DNA of 64,000 nucleotides from an uncultured Gammaproteobacteria bacterium (lineage in GTDB: Bacteria > Patescibacteriota > Microgenomatia > Levybacterales > GWA1-39-11). The notes under the pieces were generated by a model that ran no database searches, had not been told where the DNA came from, and saw nothing but the letters and a program-made list of their open reading frames with translations. Positions 9,588 through 18,669 of the stretch are shown here, piece by piece. Location: contig CAYMYC010000001.1 in the NCBI GenBank assembly GCA_964394645.1, positions 274,052 through 338,051 on the forward strand. The letters run 5' to 3'. Numbering within the stretch: the stretch's first letter is position 1; each line of letters starts with the position of its first letter. Made by a program: the position numbers and the translations under genes.

Positions 9588-10505
9588 TCATCTCTCGACT
9601 CTCTTTATTTGATCACCTTCCTGCTTCCAAATACTCCCAAACTTAAAGAAGTTATCTGGTAATGGATTTTTCGCAAAAGGATTGTGGACTATTACAAAAT
9701 TGTCACCTATATGATTTTGATCTCTAGGGCTATTCAGAATATCATGAACAGAGTAAATAATAGAACTTATTCTTTCGAAGCTTGAATCTCTAAACATGAG
9801 CATTCTTACTTCACTTCCACTGATTTTGCTAACTTTTTCTCTTGCGGACCAAGTACTTTCATCTGGTGTAGGTCGGGATTTTTCTCCTCTAAGAAATAGA
9901 ACCTGATGACCGATGGCAAAAAGGCATTTAAGAATCAGAGGTATCTGTGCGTCAGGGTGATCTAGGGGGGAACGATCAATTGCAATTACGAACGGATCAT
10001 TTTCATTCACGCTATGGTTTTTCAAGTACGACAAGTACTTGTCATGCTTTTCTTTTAATCCTGCAGTTAGTCTTAAGAGCATCTCTTGCTCCGGAACATC
10101 CATCGCTTTTCCGTACTCAATATCCGGCACTTTATCGTGCCCGTTACCTTTTTTAACAGCAATGGCTTCTATCCACACGTTCTGATTGTTATACGGAATC
10201 TTAAAATCAGGACCTGAACTACTATGGACTCCTAATGCGTAACCTCTATTTAGTAATGTAGATCCCAAATGTAATTCCCAAGCCCGTTGGCTAAATTGTT
10301 TTTTAAATTCGTTAGAGAAATTTGAATCAGCGTAAGCTTCATATTGCTTCCAAAGCGATTCCAAATCTTCTCGAAATTCAGGACGAGTAGTCATGGTAGA
10401 TATGGCAACGTAGGAAGGGTCGTAATAGCTAAATTTCCTTTTTAACGTATCAAGTTCTATGCTATTAGAAGCGATGCCTAAATCTTCGTTGAATAATTTT
10501 GTCAT
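9588..10505 (-). CDS. hypothetical protein (operon gene 4)
   Basis: 305-aa ORF, 7 nt downstream of the HNH gene; no confident motif. A segment GPDFKI...VWIEAIAVKKG is weakly PD-(D/E)xK-like. Confidence 0.4.
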   Translation of the reverse strand: MTKLFNEDLGIASNSIELDTLKRKFSYYDPSYVAISTMTTRPEFREDLESLWKQYEAYADSNFSNEFKKQFSQRAWELHLGSTLLNRGYALGVHSSSGPDFKIPYNNQNVWIEAIAVKKGNGHDKVPDIEYGKAMDVPEQEMLLRLTAGLKEKHDKYLSYLKNHSVNENDPFVIAIDRSPLDHPDAQIPLILKCLFAIGHQVLFLRGEKSRPTPDESTWSAREKVSKISGSEVRMLMFRDSSFERISSIIYSVHDILNSPRDQNHIGDNFVIVHNPFAKNPLPDNFFKFGSIWKQEGDQIKRVER

Positions 10506-10512
10506 ATCGTAT

Positions 10513-11124
10513 TTAATCTACCTCCACCATGAACATTAGCCCATCATAAAAAACGTATACCCATAAACTTTTTGCTCCCATATCTTTTACAAACACTCTC
10601 CACATTCTAAACACACCGTCACCTCTTTCCACATAAAAATACTTCTGATAAAGCATATCTACAATTTGTTGATTGGGGATTATATTATTAATCTTAAATT
10701 TTGCATTAGAGTAGTCAATCTCAGGATTGAAGTGTTTAGTAAAACCTTTAGTTAGTCTGACGAGATATTCTTTTGTTTTCTTAACCGGATAAGTCATTCC
10801 GGTTTGTTGTACTTTTATGCCATTAATTTCGGTCTCAAGTGGGACAAGGCTTTTAATAGTAGCTTGCTTTAACTTTGGACTCCTTTTAAAAGATGACTCC
10901 ATTACTTTATTGCTCCAAATCCATGAGCCAGATTTTGACCTGTTAACTACTGAGGATGTAAAAACTCTAAAAGACTCGTCAATTAAACTAAACTTTTCGT
11001 TACATTTTTTACAACACCATACGGTAATAAGATTATTTGGTTTTGGGGATGGAAAAAGATTTTTCGGAGGAATATGGTCTTTTGTTAAATTTTCAGTAGC
11101 TCCGCATAGGTAACAGTTTTTCAT
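10513..11124 (-). CDS. HNH endonuclease family protein (operon gene 3)
   Basis: N-terminal CYLCG ... LTKDHIPPKNLF ... WCCKKCNEKFS, a CxxC...DH...CxxCN HNH zinc-finger arrangement. Confidence 0.5.
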   Translation of the reverse strand: MKNCYLCGATENLTKDHIPPKNLFPSPKPNNLITVWCCKKCNEKFSLIDESFRVFTSSVVNRSKSGSWIWSNKVMESSFKRSPKLKQATIKSLVPLETEINGIKVQQTGMTYPVKKTKEYLVRLTKGFTKHFNPEIDYSNAKFKINNIIPNQQIVDMLYQKYFYVERGDGVFRMWRVFVKDMGAKSLWVYVFYDGLMFMVEVD

Positions 11125-11130
11125 AATAAT

Positions 11131-11703
11131 TCATATACCCCAAATATACTTTAATCTCTTCTCAAAATTTGTTCTTAAAACCGTATTCAAAGGATCTTTC
11201 AAATCTTTTACGTATTGATTGAAATGACTTTGTATATCTTCTACTAATTTGCCTGGACATATTTTTATGTTTCCTTTCACTATTCCAATTCCGGATGAAA
11301 TCGAACAATCTAATATTATCTTTGTTCCTGTTAAACCAACGTGATACATACCACAACGAGCTTGTTCATAAACTACCTTTGTTAAAGCATCCCTATCTTT
11401 ATGACTCTTAAATTTTGGATATACCCATTTCAAACCTTCTGTAAAGAATGCTTCTGATTTTCCGGCCTTGTCATAACCATCCTTAAATTTTTGAATATTT
11501 TCAAAATATGCCATCATTATTGATAGCATGGCAAAGTCGGAATGACCAACTTTAGTTTTTATCTCTTTTAATACATCTAAAGTCCATCCCTGAATTTGTT
11601 CTTCAAAAAGCCTAATTTTATGCTTTTCAAAATCCCAATCATCCCATTTTGTAGGAAAGTCACTTCGCTTTGATTTTGATGAAATACTCAAATTGTTTTT
11701 CAT
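11131..11703 (-). CDS. hypothetical protein (operon gene 2)
   Basis: 190-aa ORF, 6 nt downstream of gene 1 and overlapping it by 4 nt at its own 5' end. Confidence 0.4.
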   Translation of the reverse strand: MKNNLSISSKSKRSDFPTKWDDWDFEKHKIRLFEEQIQGWTLDVLKEIKTKVGHSDFAMLSIMMAYFENIQKFKDGYDKAGKSEAFFTEGLKWVYPKFKSHKDRDALTKVVYEQARCGMYHVGLTGTKIILDCSISSGIGIVKGNIKICPGKLVEDIQSHFNQYVKDLKDPLNTVLRTNFEKRLKYIWGI

Positions 11704-12659
11704 ACTCTATTAATTAATGGCGTTTTAGTTATTGGAACAAATACAGGGATAAATTTAATGCCATTTTGATCTAATTGCACGTCTAATAAACATACACAAG
11801 AAATAAGATTGTTTAAATCGTATTTTTCAACAATTTTCTTTACGGAACTGCCCTCATTCATACTGGTAAATAACCCAGTTCCTATACCTGCAAACATGTT
11901 GTGGGCAATAACTAGTAAGTTATTTTTATCTTCAGAAAATTGAGATACTGATTTTTTAACAGCATCTTCAACAGCTTCTCTGTCTGAATAAGAGCCGCCT
12001 TCCCCGTTAATAAACTGGGGCTTAGATAGTCGCTCTTTCTTTAATTTGGCCCTTTCTGTTTCAGAAAAATGCCAAATATTCTTCCTACAATCAGTGCAAA
12101 CAGTTTTCTTAAGAATTTCATACACTTCCTCCGTTGTAAATTCAAAACTCGATAGTTTTATTTCTATCGAATGCGAACATTCGAGACAGGGAATTTCCGC
12201 TTTACACTCCGGCCAACTTTCAGTAATTACTAAAGTTTGCTTTAGCTTTTCAAGATATAAATTGTCTATTTTTTTTGAAACTTCACCCCTCCAGGAGGGA
12301 GATTTGACTTCGGAGTACCATTCTTCAGAGACCTGATCATCAAAGGCAAAATCATTTTTCTTTGTTCTATTGCCGTATGGTTCAAATTTAGTTATATTAC
12401 ACCCTTTTATTTTTCCGAAATAATATAGAGCCTTGTATTCTCCGAGTAGTTCATCTCTCTGTTTCTCAGAGTTGACGCGTGATTTATTTGATTCGTACCA
12501 CGTGGGGTTTAGAGAGTTTACATAAGACAGCCATTGTTCCATTTCTTGATTCCATTCTGGACTATGACCAAAATCGTCAGTGTATTCATGAGAACCAAAC
12601 AAATCCACAAAAAGTGGTACATTTTGTTTGACTAATTCTTTTATGTATTTCAGGCTCAT
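11700..12659 (-). CDS. hypothetical Cys-cluster protein (operon gene 1)
   Basis: 319-aa ORF with CxxC-type pairs (CKAEIPCLECSH, CTDCRKN) suggesting a zinc ribbon; no catalytic motif recognised. Confidence 0.4.
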   Translation of the reverse strand: MSLKYIKELVKQNVPLFVDLFGSHEYTDDFGHSPEWNQEMEQWLSYVNSLNPTWYESNKSRVNSEKQRDELLGEYKALYYFGKIKGCNITKFEPYGNRTKKNDFAFDDQVSEEWYSEVKSPSWRGEVSKKIDNLYLEKLKQTLVITESWPECKAEIPCLECSHSIEIKLSSFEFTTEEVYEILKKTVCTDCRKNIWHFSETERAKLKKERLSKPQFINGEGGSYSDREAVEDAVKKSVSQFSEDKNNLLVIAHNMFAGIGTGLFTSMNEGSSVKKIVEKYDLNNLISCVCLLDVQLDQNGIKFIPVFVPITKTPLINRV

Positions 12660-12728
12660 GTTTTAGCTTTTCTTTTTGCATTCGAATTATATTACAATAC
12701 GAGGGTAGAAAGCTAGAATTATAGGATT

Positions 12729-13463
12729 ATGAAAAAGGATTATCTTGAAGAAAAGAAAAAGAGATTGGCACAGAAAATCAAGGTACTTATTAATAGACCT
12801 GCATTTCAAAAGGAAATTCATGATCTGAGAATAAAATGGAAAATCCCGACCGATGGTATTAAGAATGAGGAAGATAACCAGAATTGGAATATGCAGCTTG
12901 GTATAGATACGGACGAGTACTATACAAAGAACTGGCCGAAAGAAAGGGCTGAGATCATAAAGCTAAGAAAAGAAGGAAAATTTAGAGAAGCAGACAACTT
13001 GAAAAAACAGATTAATGTGGACGCACCGATAAATGCTTTCAGTGAAGATATATGGATCGTTGTGAGGAAATACAGACTTTCTCCCAGATGGCACAATGGA
13101 ATCCGCCGCTACCTACTATTTAATGATCCAAAAAATATGCAAATACCAGCAGGCATTACAGTCGCAATGAATTGGGATAACGGTATAAAACGGATTTCCC
13201 TTGAGATTGACGACGACACTACTCTTAATGATCTAAAGCATGTTTGGAAATGGGCAAGAAAAATGCGTAAAGGTAGATTGTCCGATAAATTCCAACCAAT
13301 TCCTAATTTTGATAGAGATAAAAGGGCTTATGAACTTGAATTAGAAGGAAGAACCGAAAAAGAAATCGGAGATACAATACAAGAGGAATTTGGAGATAGC
13401 CTTGATTACAACGAACTTAAAATTGTAATAAAACGCTACAAAAAACGCCTCAACATCAATTGA
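12729..13463 (+). CDS. hypothetical protein
   Basis: 244-aa charged ORF between the minus-strand operon and the ParB-methyltransferase gene. Confidence 0.35.
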   Translation: MKKDYLEEKKKRLAQKIKVLINRPAFQKEIHDLRIKWKIPTDGIKNEEDNQNWNMQLGIDTDEYYTKNWPKERAEIIKLRKEGKFREADNLKKQINVDAPINAFSEDIWIVVRKYRLSPRWHNGIRRYLLFNDPKNMQIPAGITVAMNWDNGIKRISLEIDDDTTLNDLKHVWKWARKMRKGRLSDKFQPIPNFDRDKRAYELELEGRTEKEIGDTIQEEFGDSLDYNELKIVIKRYKKRLNIN

Positions 13464-13512
13464 GCTTAATTGATGTTTATACATCTGTTCTCTACCTTCA
13501 TATACTCTTCTT

Positions 13513-14847
13513 ATGTTCACAGAAAAACAAAACCTAAATGTAGTTTATGTTCCAATAACAGACCTTCTTCCCGCAACATATAATCCACGCAAGTGGAATG
13601 AAGAAGCAATAGCTCAACTCACAGAAAGCATGAAGCGCTTCGGGTTAGTTGACCCAATTGTTGTTAATGGTGCTCCCGAAAGAAAGAATATAGTAATAGG
13701 CGGTCATTTCAGGGTTAAGGTTGCAAAAGATTTGGGATATAAAGAAATTCCAGTTGTATACATAAATATCCCAGATTTAGAAAAGGAAAAAGAGTTGAAC
13801 CTTCGTCTTAATAAAAATGTAGGAGATTGGGACTGGAGTCTTCTATCAGAATTTGGAGAAACAATGCTAGCGGATGTTGGATTCTCAAGCGAACAACTTG
13901 ACGATATTTTTGACATTGAAGATACTCCTGAGCAGTTTGACCTTCAAAAAGAACTTGAGAAATTAGATATAACGCAAATTGAAATTCAAAAGGGAGACGT
14001 ATGGCAACTTGGTGAAAGTAAGCTCATGTGCGGAGACTCCACCATAGAAGATGATGTCCTTAAATTAATGAGCGACGAAAAAGCCAGCATGTGCTTCACA
14101 GACCCGCCCTACATTTTGGACTACCTCAACGGCAAGAAAAAACATGGAAAAGCAACCGAAGGTTTTGGTGCAAAGCGTGATAGGAGATATCTTGAGACAG
14201 ATGTACTACCTCCTGATTTTACTGAAAAATGGATGGCAAATATAGCTAAAGTGCAGGAAGAAAGTTTCTCAATAATTGTTTATGAGAATTGGAAGAACCT
14301 AAGAATCATATGGGGAGAGATGGAAAAGTATTGGAAGTTAAAGAACATGATAGTCTGGCATCTTCCAAACAGGAACCAAGGATTTGCTGCAAAGTATAAG
14401 TTCTTCTCAAAACATGATATCGCAATGGTTGGAGCTTCTCCCAATGCAGATGTTGAATACAATAACGAACTAGAAACAGACGGACTTCAAGAAGAATACG
14501 AAACAGCCCTATATGCAATTTCCGGCAAACCCCAATGGGAAGGATATCAGAAAGGCAAAAAGATACAACCTACTGATTTTATTGAATACGTTGCATCAGA
14601 TGAAAAACATTCTGGGCAAGGCGTAATCTTTGGAACAAAACCCATTGAAATTCTCATCCCATACATAAAAGTGCTTACAAAACGTGGAGATTTAATAATA
14701 GAGCCGTTCGGTGGTAGTGGTTCGACACTAATTGCTGCAACCAAAATGAAACGCAGATGCAACATTATGGAAAAATCCCCTGTTTATGCTGAAGTAATTA
14801 AAAAACGTTGGGAAAAGTTAACCAGACAGAAAGGAGTCAAGATATGA
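13513..14847 (+). CDS. ParB-like nuclease domain fused to a DNA methyltransferase (phage-type ParB-MTase)
   Basis: N-terminal ParB-N-like segment (VVYVPITDLLPATYNPRKW ... GGHFRVKVAKDLGYKEIP). Methyltransferase motif IV CFTDPPY precedes the motif I-like EPFGGSGSTLIAA (beta-class order). Confidence 0.8.
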   Translation: MFTEKQNLNVVYVPITDLLPATYNPRKWNEEAIAQLTESMKRFGLVDPIVVNGAPERKNIVIGGHFRVKVAKDLGYKEIPVVYINIPDLEKEKELNLRLNKNVGDWDWSLLSEFGETMLADVGFSSEQLDDIFDIEDTPEQFDLQKELEKLDITQIEIQKGDVWQLGESKLMCGDSTIEDDVLKLMSDEKASMCFTDPPYILDYLNGKKKHGKATEGFGAKRDRRYLETDVLPPDFTEKWMANIAKVQEESFSIIVYENWKNLRIIWGEMEKYWKLKNMIVWHLPNRNQGFAAKYKFFSKHDIAMVGASPNADVEYNNELETDGLQEEYETALYAISGKPQWEGYQKGKKIQPTDFIEYVASDEKHSGQGVIFGTKPIEILIPYIKVLTKRGDLIIEPFGGSGSTLIAATKMKRRCNIMEKSPVYAEVIKKRWEKLTRQKGVKI

Positions 14848-15248
14848 AGACTGACAAAAATAAGGAATTACTAATTGAACAGCTCAAGAAAACTCCCATT
14901 GTTCAAGTTTCTTGCGAGAAAGTCGGAATAGGACGCGCCACATTTTACCGCTGGAAACAGGAAGACCAAGACTTTGCAACAAGAGCAGATGAAGCGCTTG
15001 CTGAAGGATCATCTCTTGTGAACGATGTAGCTGAATCTCAATTAATGTCAGCAATTAGAGATAAGAATCTGACTGCCATAATTTTCTGGCTTAAACATCA
15101 TCACCCAAGCTATGCAACAAAGGTTGAGGTAACTGCAAGACTTAAAGCAGATAACGAAGTATTAACCCCAAAGCAAGAAGTATTAGTAACCAAAGCCTTA
15201 AAACTTGCTGCATTAATCCCAGAAACAAAGGAGGAAGAAAAGCAATGA
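14844..15248 (+). CDS. terS: terminase small subunit (HTH type)
   Basis: RBS AAGGAG sits 8 nt upstream of the ATG at 14844 (the ORF track starts at 14808). The ATGA overlaps the upstream stop, and ATGA at the 3' end overlaps the terL start. Contains an HTH-like GIGRATFYRWKQ. Confidence 0.6.
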   Translation: MKTDKNKELLIEQLKKTPIVQVSCEKVGIGRATFYRWKQEDQDFATRADEALAEGSSLVNDVAESQLMSAIRDKNLTAIIFWLKHHHPSYATKVEVTARLKADNEVLTPKQEVLVTKALKLAALIPETKEEEKQ

Positions 15249-16786
15249 CTACAGGTATAATTACTAACAAAGAGCTTGATGAAATCAAGAAGAAAAGATC
15301 AGTAAGGAGAATGCTTGCCAAAAACAGTCATCTCTGGTTCTTCTCAATTTATCTTGGACACTACATTAAATATCCATTTGCTCCATTTCATTCTGAAATG
15401 TTTGCCTTAACTGAAGACCAAGAATTACACCTCTCTGTACTTGTTGCCTTTCGAGGCTCTGGGAAATCAACTCTCATAACCCTTTCCTATCCTATTTGGG
15501 CAGTAGTTGGAGCACAGCAGAAAAAATTTATTCTCATCCTTTCTCAAACACAATCTCAAGCAAAACTCCATATGGCAAACATAAAAAGAGAGCTTGAGAG
15601 CAACGACCTTCTAAAAGGTGACATTGGACCATTTGAAGAAATAAGTGATGAATGGGGATCTAATTCTATTGTTATTTCAAAATATGGAGCAAGAATTACA
15701 GTTGCGTCAACTGAGCAAAGTATTCGTGGACTCAGACATGGTGAGCACAGACCAGACTTAGTCATTTGCGATGATGTGGAAGATTTGAATAGCGTCAAAA
15801 CTCGTGAGGGACGGGATAAAACATTTCAATGGTTAGTAGGAGAAGTACTACCGATCGGAGATCAAGAAACAAAAATTGTAATTGTTGGGAATCTTCTCCA
15901 TGAAGATAGCCTTTTAATGCGACTTAGAAAGGGAATTAAGAACGAAAAGCTTAATGGAAAATATTTTGCGTATCCTTTGCTTGATGTAAATAATACCATT
16001 GCTTGGCCTGCAAAGTTTAAAACCCTTGAGGATATTGAAAAACTAAGAACAACTATTGGAACAGACTCTGCTTGGTACAGGGAGTATCTTTTACGGATTA
16101 TTTCAGATGCTGACCGCTTGGTTCATCCGGAGTGGATTAAATATTATGATGAACTCCCTTCGGAGGAAGGAAACAATTTCAGGTATACGGCAACTGGAAT
16201 TGATCTTGCTATCTCGCAAAAAGAATCAGCAGACTGTACCGCTATGGTATCGGCAAAAGTTTTTGGATACCAAGATGAATTGAAAGTATACATACTTCCC
16301 CATCCAGTAAATGAAAGACTAAGTTTTCCAGAGACTTATGATATGGCAAAAGAATTATCCAAAGAACTTGGAAACGGTCAATATACAAAACTTTATATTG
16401 AAGACGTAGGTTATCAGGCCGCTCTCATTCAAGATTTAGAAAGAAATAATGTTCCAGCGGAAGGAGTAAAAGTTGCAGGTCAAGACAAACGATCACGACT
16501 TGCTTTAATAACCCATCTTATAAAACACGGCAAAGTTCTATTTCCATCGGGAAATCAAGCAGAAGAACTTATTATGCAATTAACTGGTTTTGGGATAGAA
16601 AAACATGATGATCTAGCGGATGCGTTTTCTCTTTTACTTCTTAAGGTGCTTGAAGAAGACGAGGGAGGGTTCGGGTTTTTCTTTATTGGTAGCGTTAATG
16701 ATTTCTATGATAGTAGAAATACCTCTTTATATGATGAATTCGGAGATAGATATGATAAACCTTTTAGCCTAGATAAAATCTTTTAA
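15245..16786 (+). CDS. terL: terminase large subunit
   Basis: Walker A AFRGSGKST, Walker B-like LVICDDVED, a C-terminal RNase-H-like nuclease region with conserved acidic residues (DDLADAF); 513 aa. Confidence 0.8.
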   Translation: MTTGIITNKELDEIKKKRSVRRMLAKNSHLWFFSIYLGHYIKYPFAPFHSEMFALTEDQELHLSVLVAFRGSGKSTLITLSYPIWAVVGAQQKKFILILSQTQSQAKLHMANIKRELESNDLLKGDIGPFEEISDEWGSNSIVISKYGARITVASTEQSIRGLRHGEHRPDLVICDDVEDLNSVKTREGRDKTFQWLVGEVLPIGDQETKIVIVGNLLHEDSLLMRLRKGIKNEKLNGKYFAYPLLDVNNTIAWPAKFKTLEDIEKLRTTIGTDSAWYREYLLRIISDADRLVHPEWIKYYDELPSEEGNNFRYTATGIDLAISQKESADCTAMVSAKVFGYQDELKVYILPHPVNERLSFPETYDMAKELSKELGNGQYTKLYIEDVGYQAALIQDLERNNVPAEGVKVAGQDKRSRLALITHLIKHGKVLFPSGNQAEELIMQLTGFGIEKHDDLADAFSLLLLKVLEEDEGGFGFFFIGSVNDFYDSRNTSLYDEFGDRYDKPFSLDKIF

Positions 16787-17004
16787 AATAGATCTGACAT
16801 GTCAACTTTTAGAGCTCTTGCAATCTTGTTAACTGTTTGAACTGGAGGATTACTTTCTCCTCGCTCAATTTTACCCATATAGGTTCTATGAATTCCAGCT
16901 TTTTCTGCAAGTTTCTCTTGGGAAAGATCCAGTCTTTTTCTAAGTCTTCTAACTGTTTTACCTAATTTGAGGTTAACTTTATAGGATCTTGCTCTATTTT
17001 TCAT
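16783..17004 (-). CDS. XRE-family HTH transcriptional regulator
   Basis: LSQEKLAEKAGIHRTYMGKIERGESNPPVQTVNKIARAL is a classic Cro/C1-type HTH. Confidence 0.7.
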   Translation of the reverse strand: MKNRARSYKVNLKLGKTVRRLRKRLDLSQEKLAEKAGIHRTYMGKIERGESNPPVQTVNKIARALKVDMSDLF

Positions 17005-17124
17005 TGATTTATAGTATGAAGAATGACCCTGTAGGTCTACATACGCTAAGGGTGCAAAATAGCCTCAAATACTACTTGCTTTTGTTATTGCTTTCGCTTA
17101 TCATTTGGACTAGAGAGGAATAAG

Positions 17125-17616
17125 ATGTCGCTTACAGAAGAACAAAAAAGAAAAATTAAAGAGGAGGAGGAAAAATATAGAGCAAATATCAAGAAAAACC
17201 TCAATAAAACTTCTTGGTGGAAGCCAAAGGGAACATTAACCTGGCTTGTATTAATTTTTATTGTCCTATCTATTATATTTGGTAGTCTTATGAGCAACTC
17301 CAGTGAGAAAACAACAACCAGCACCGATACGACAGATTTGGAAGGTAATGTAATTTTTAATGATTTCAAATTCAATGTGATCAATAGTGAGGACAAGGAT
17401 TGGAATTATTGTCACTTCACCTTAAATAAGGACTATAACTACCCTGGCAATTCTTTTAGCGATAAAGTTGGACCGATTAAAGCAGGTGAAACAGTAACAA
17501 TTCCCTCTGGACAGTTTGCAAAAAGTGATGGAACAAGATTTGACCCATTCTCTGTAAAGCCACAATCCCTAGGCCTGGATTGTAATAAACGTTTTGGTTA
17601 TTGGGAATGGAAGTAA
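17125..17616 (+). CDS. membrane-anchored hypothetical protein
   Basis: One TM segment (LTWLVLIFIVLSIIFGSL) followed by a soluble domain. Confidence 0.4.
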   Translation: MSLTEEQKRKIKEEEEKYRANIKKNLNKTSWWKPKGTLTWLVLIFIVLSIIFGSLMSNSSEKTTTSTDTTDLEGNVIFNDFKFNVINSEDKDWNYCHFTLNKDYNYPGNSFSDKVGPIKAGETVTIPSGQFAKSDGTRFDPFSVKPQSLGLDCNKRFGYWEWK

Positions 17617-18091
17617 AGGAGGTGAATATAATATGAAGAAATTTCTAAAATGGGGAGGAATTGTATTTATCGGTCTTATTGTAATCGGAGTAATCGCAAG
17701 CATGGGTAAATCAGGGAGTACGACTCCAACATCAAGATCAAACAATACAAATACTCAAAATCAAGAACAACAATCTCCGGCAAAAGAACCAGAGCAGGTT
17801 ACAGCAACTGCAATTGCAGATGACTTTGATGGAAATCAGGTAGCTGCTGAAAGTAAGTGGAACGGCAAGTACGTTCAATTTACCGCTACGGTTTCTAATA
17901 TTACAGATAGTGGACTATCCTTTACAAATATTGGATCTAAGCAATTTTCCATTACACAGATCAGCTGTAAGGTAAATGACAAACAATCATTACTGTCTCT
18001 TAAAAATGGAGAATCAGTGACTGTTAAAGGAACAATTGGAAAACAGACAATTGGAGTCATAGATATGACTGATTGTGAAGTCGTGAAATAG
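17594..18091 (+). CDS. membrane-anchored hypothetical protein
   Basis: N-terminal TM segment (GGIVFIGLIVIGVIA), a low-complexity S/T/N/Q linker and a beta-rich C-terminal domain. Confidence 0.4.
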   Translation: MVIGNGSKGGEYNMKKFLKWGGIVFIGLIVIGVIASMGKSGSTTPTSRSNNTNTQNQEQQSPAKEPEQVTATAIADDFDGNQVAAESKWNGKYVQFTATVSNITDSGLSFTNIGSKQFSITQISCKVNDKQSLLSLKNGESVTVKGTIGKQTIGVIDMTDCEVVK

Positions 18092-18225
18092 GTATATCTA
18101 TAAAAGACATTTCGGGTTAGAGAGCTTACCCTCCGAGATGTCTTTTAGTTATAAACACTACTTGACATCATATAGTTTATGTGTTAAACTATTTAACAGG
18201 TAAACTTATAGTTTAGCCCTGCCTT

Positions 18226-18669
18226 ATGAATAATACACCTGATTTTGAGCAACTCTTCAATACTTTACTTGCGCTTGGAAAGTTAATGTCCCAGCAAACT
18301 CAAGAATCACATGAGGAGAGAAGCGCAACAATTCTTCAGTTCTCTGCGTTAAATTTTATCAAAGAACAACCTAATGCAACGGTTAGTGATCTTGCCGTGC
18401 CTTTACAGCTCTCAAAATCTTCCGCAACTCAGCTTGTTGAGAGACTGGTGAAGCTAGGTTTAGTCGAGAGAACCAATGATTCCGATGACAGACGTATCAT
18501 AAGACTTAATATTACCAATAATGGTGAAAAGGAATTTTCTGCTCTAAGAAATAAAATGCTGGAAAAAATGAAAAGAATTTTTTCAAAACTTCCGGCAAAT
18601 GACTTGCGTGAGCTCATAAGAATTCATAGTAATCTTATTGAAACATTAAAGAAGGAGCAAAATGGATAA
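18226..18669 (+). CDS. MarR-family transcriptional regulator
   Basis: Winged-helix segment LQFSALNFIKEQPNATVSDLAVPLQLSKSSATQLVERLVKLGLVER ... DRR; overlaps the downstream MFS gene (operon). Confidence 0.7.
   Translation: MNNTPDFEQLFNTLLALGKLMSQQTQESHEERSATILQFSALNFIKEQPNATVSDLAVPLQLSKSSATQLVERLVKLGLVERTNDSDDRRIIRLNITNNGEKEFSALRNKMLEKMKRIFSKLPANDLRELIRIHSNLIETLKKEQNG

Noticed and set aside
14808-14843. ORF-track start of terS at 14808
   Set aside because: The ATG at 14844 has a canonical AAGGAG RBS 8 nt upstream and an ATGA overlap with the upstream stop. The longer form would overlap the methyltransferase gene by 40 nt.
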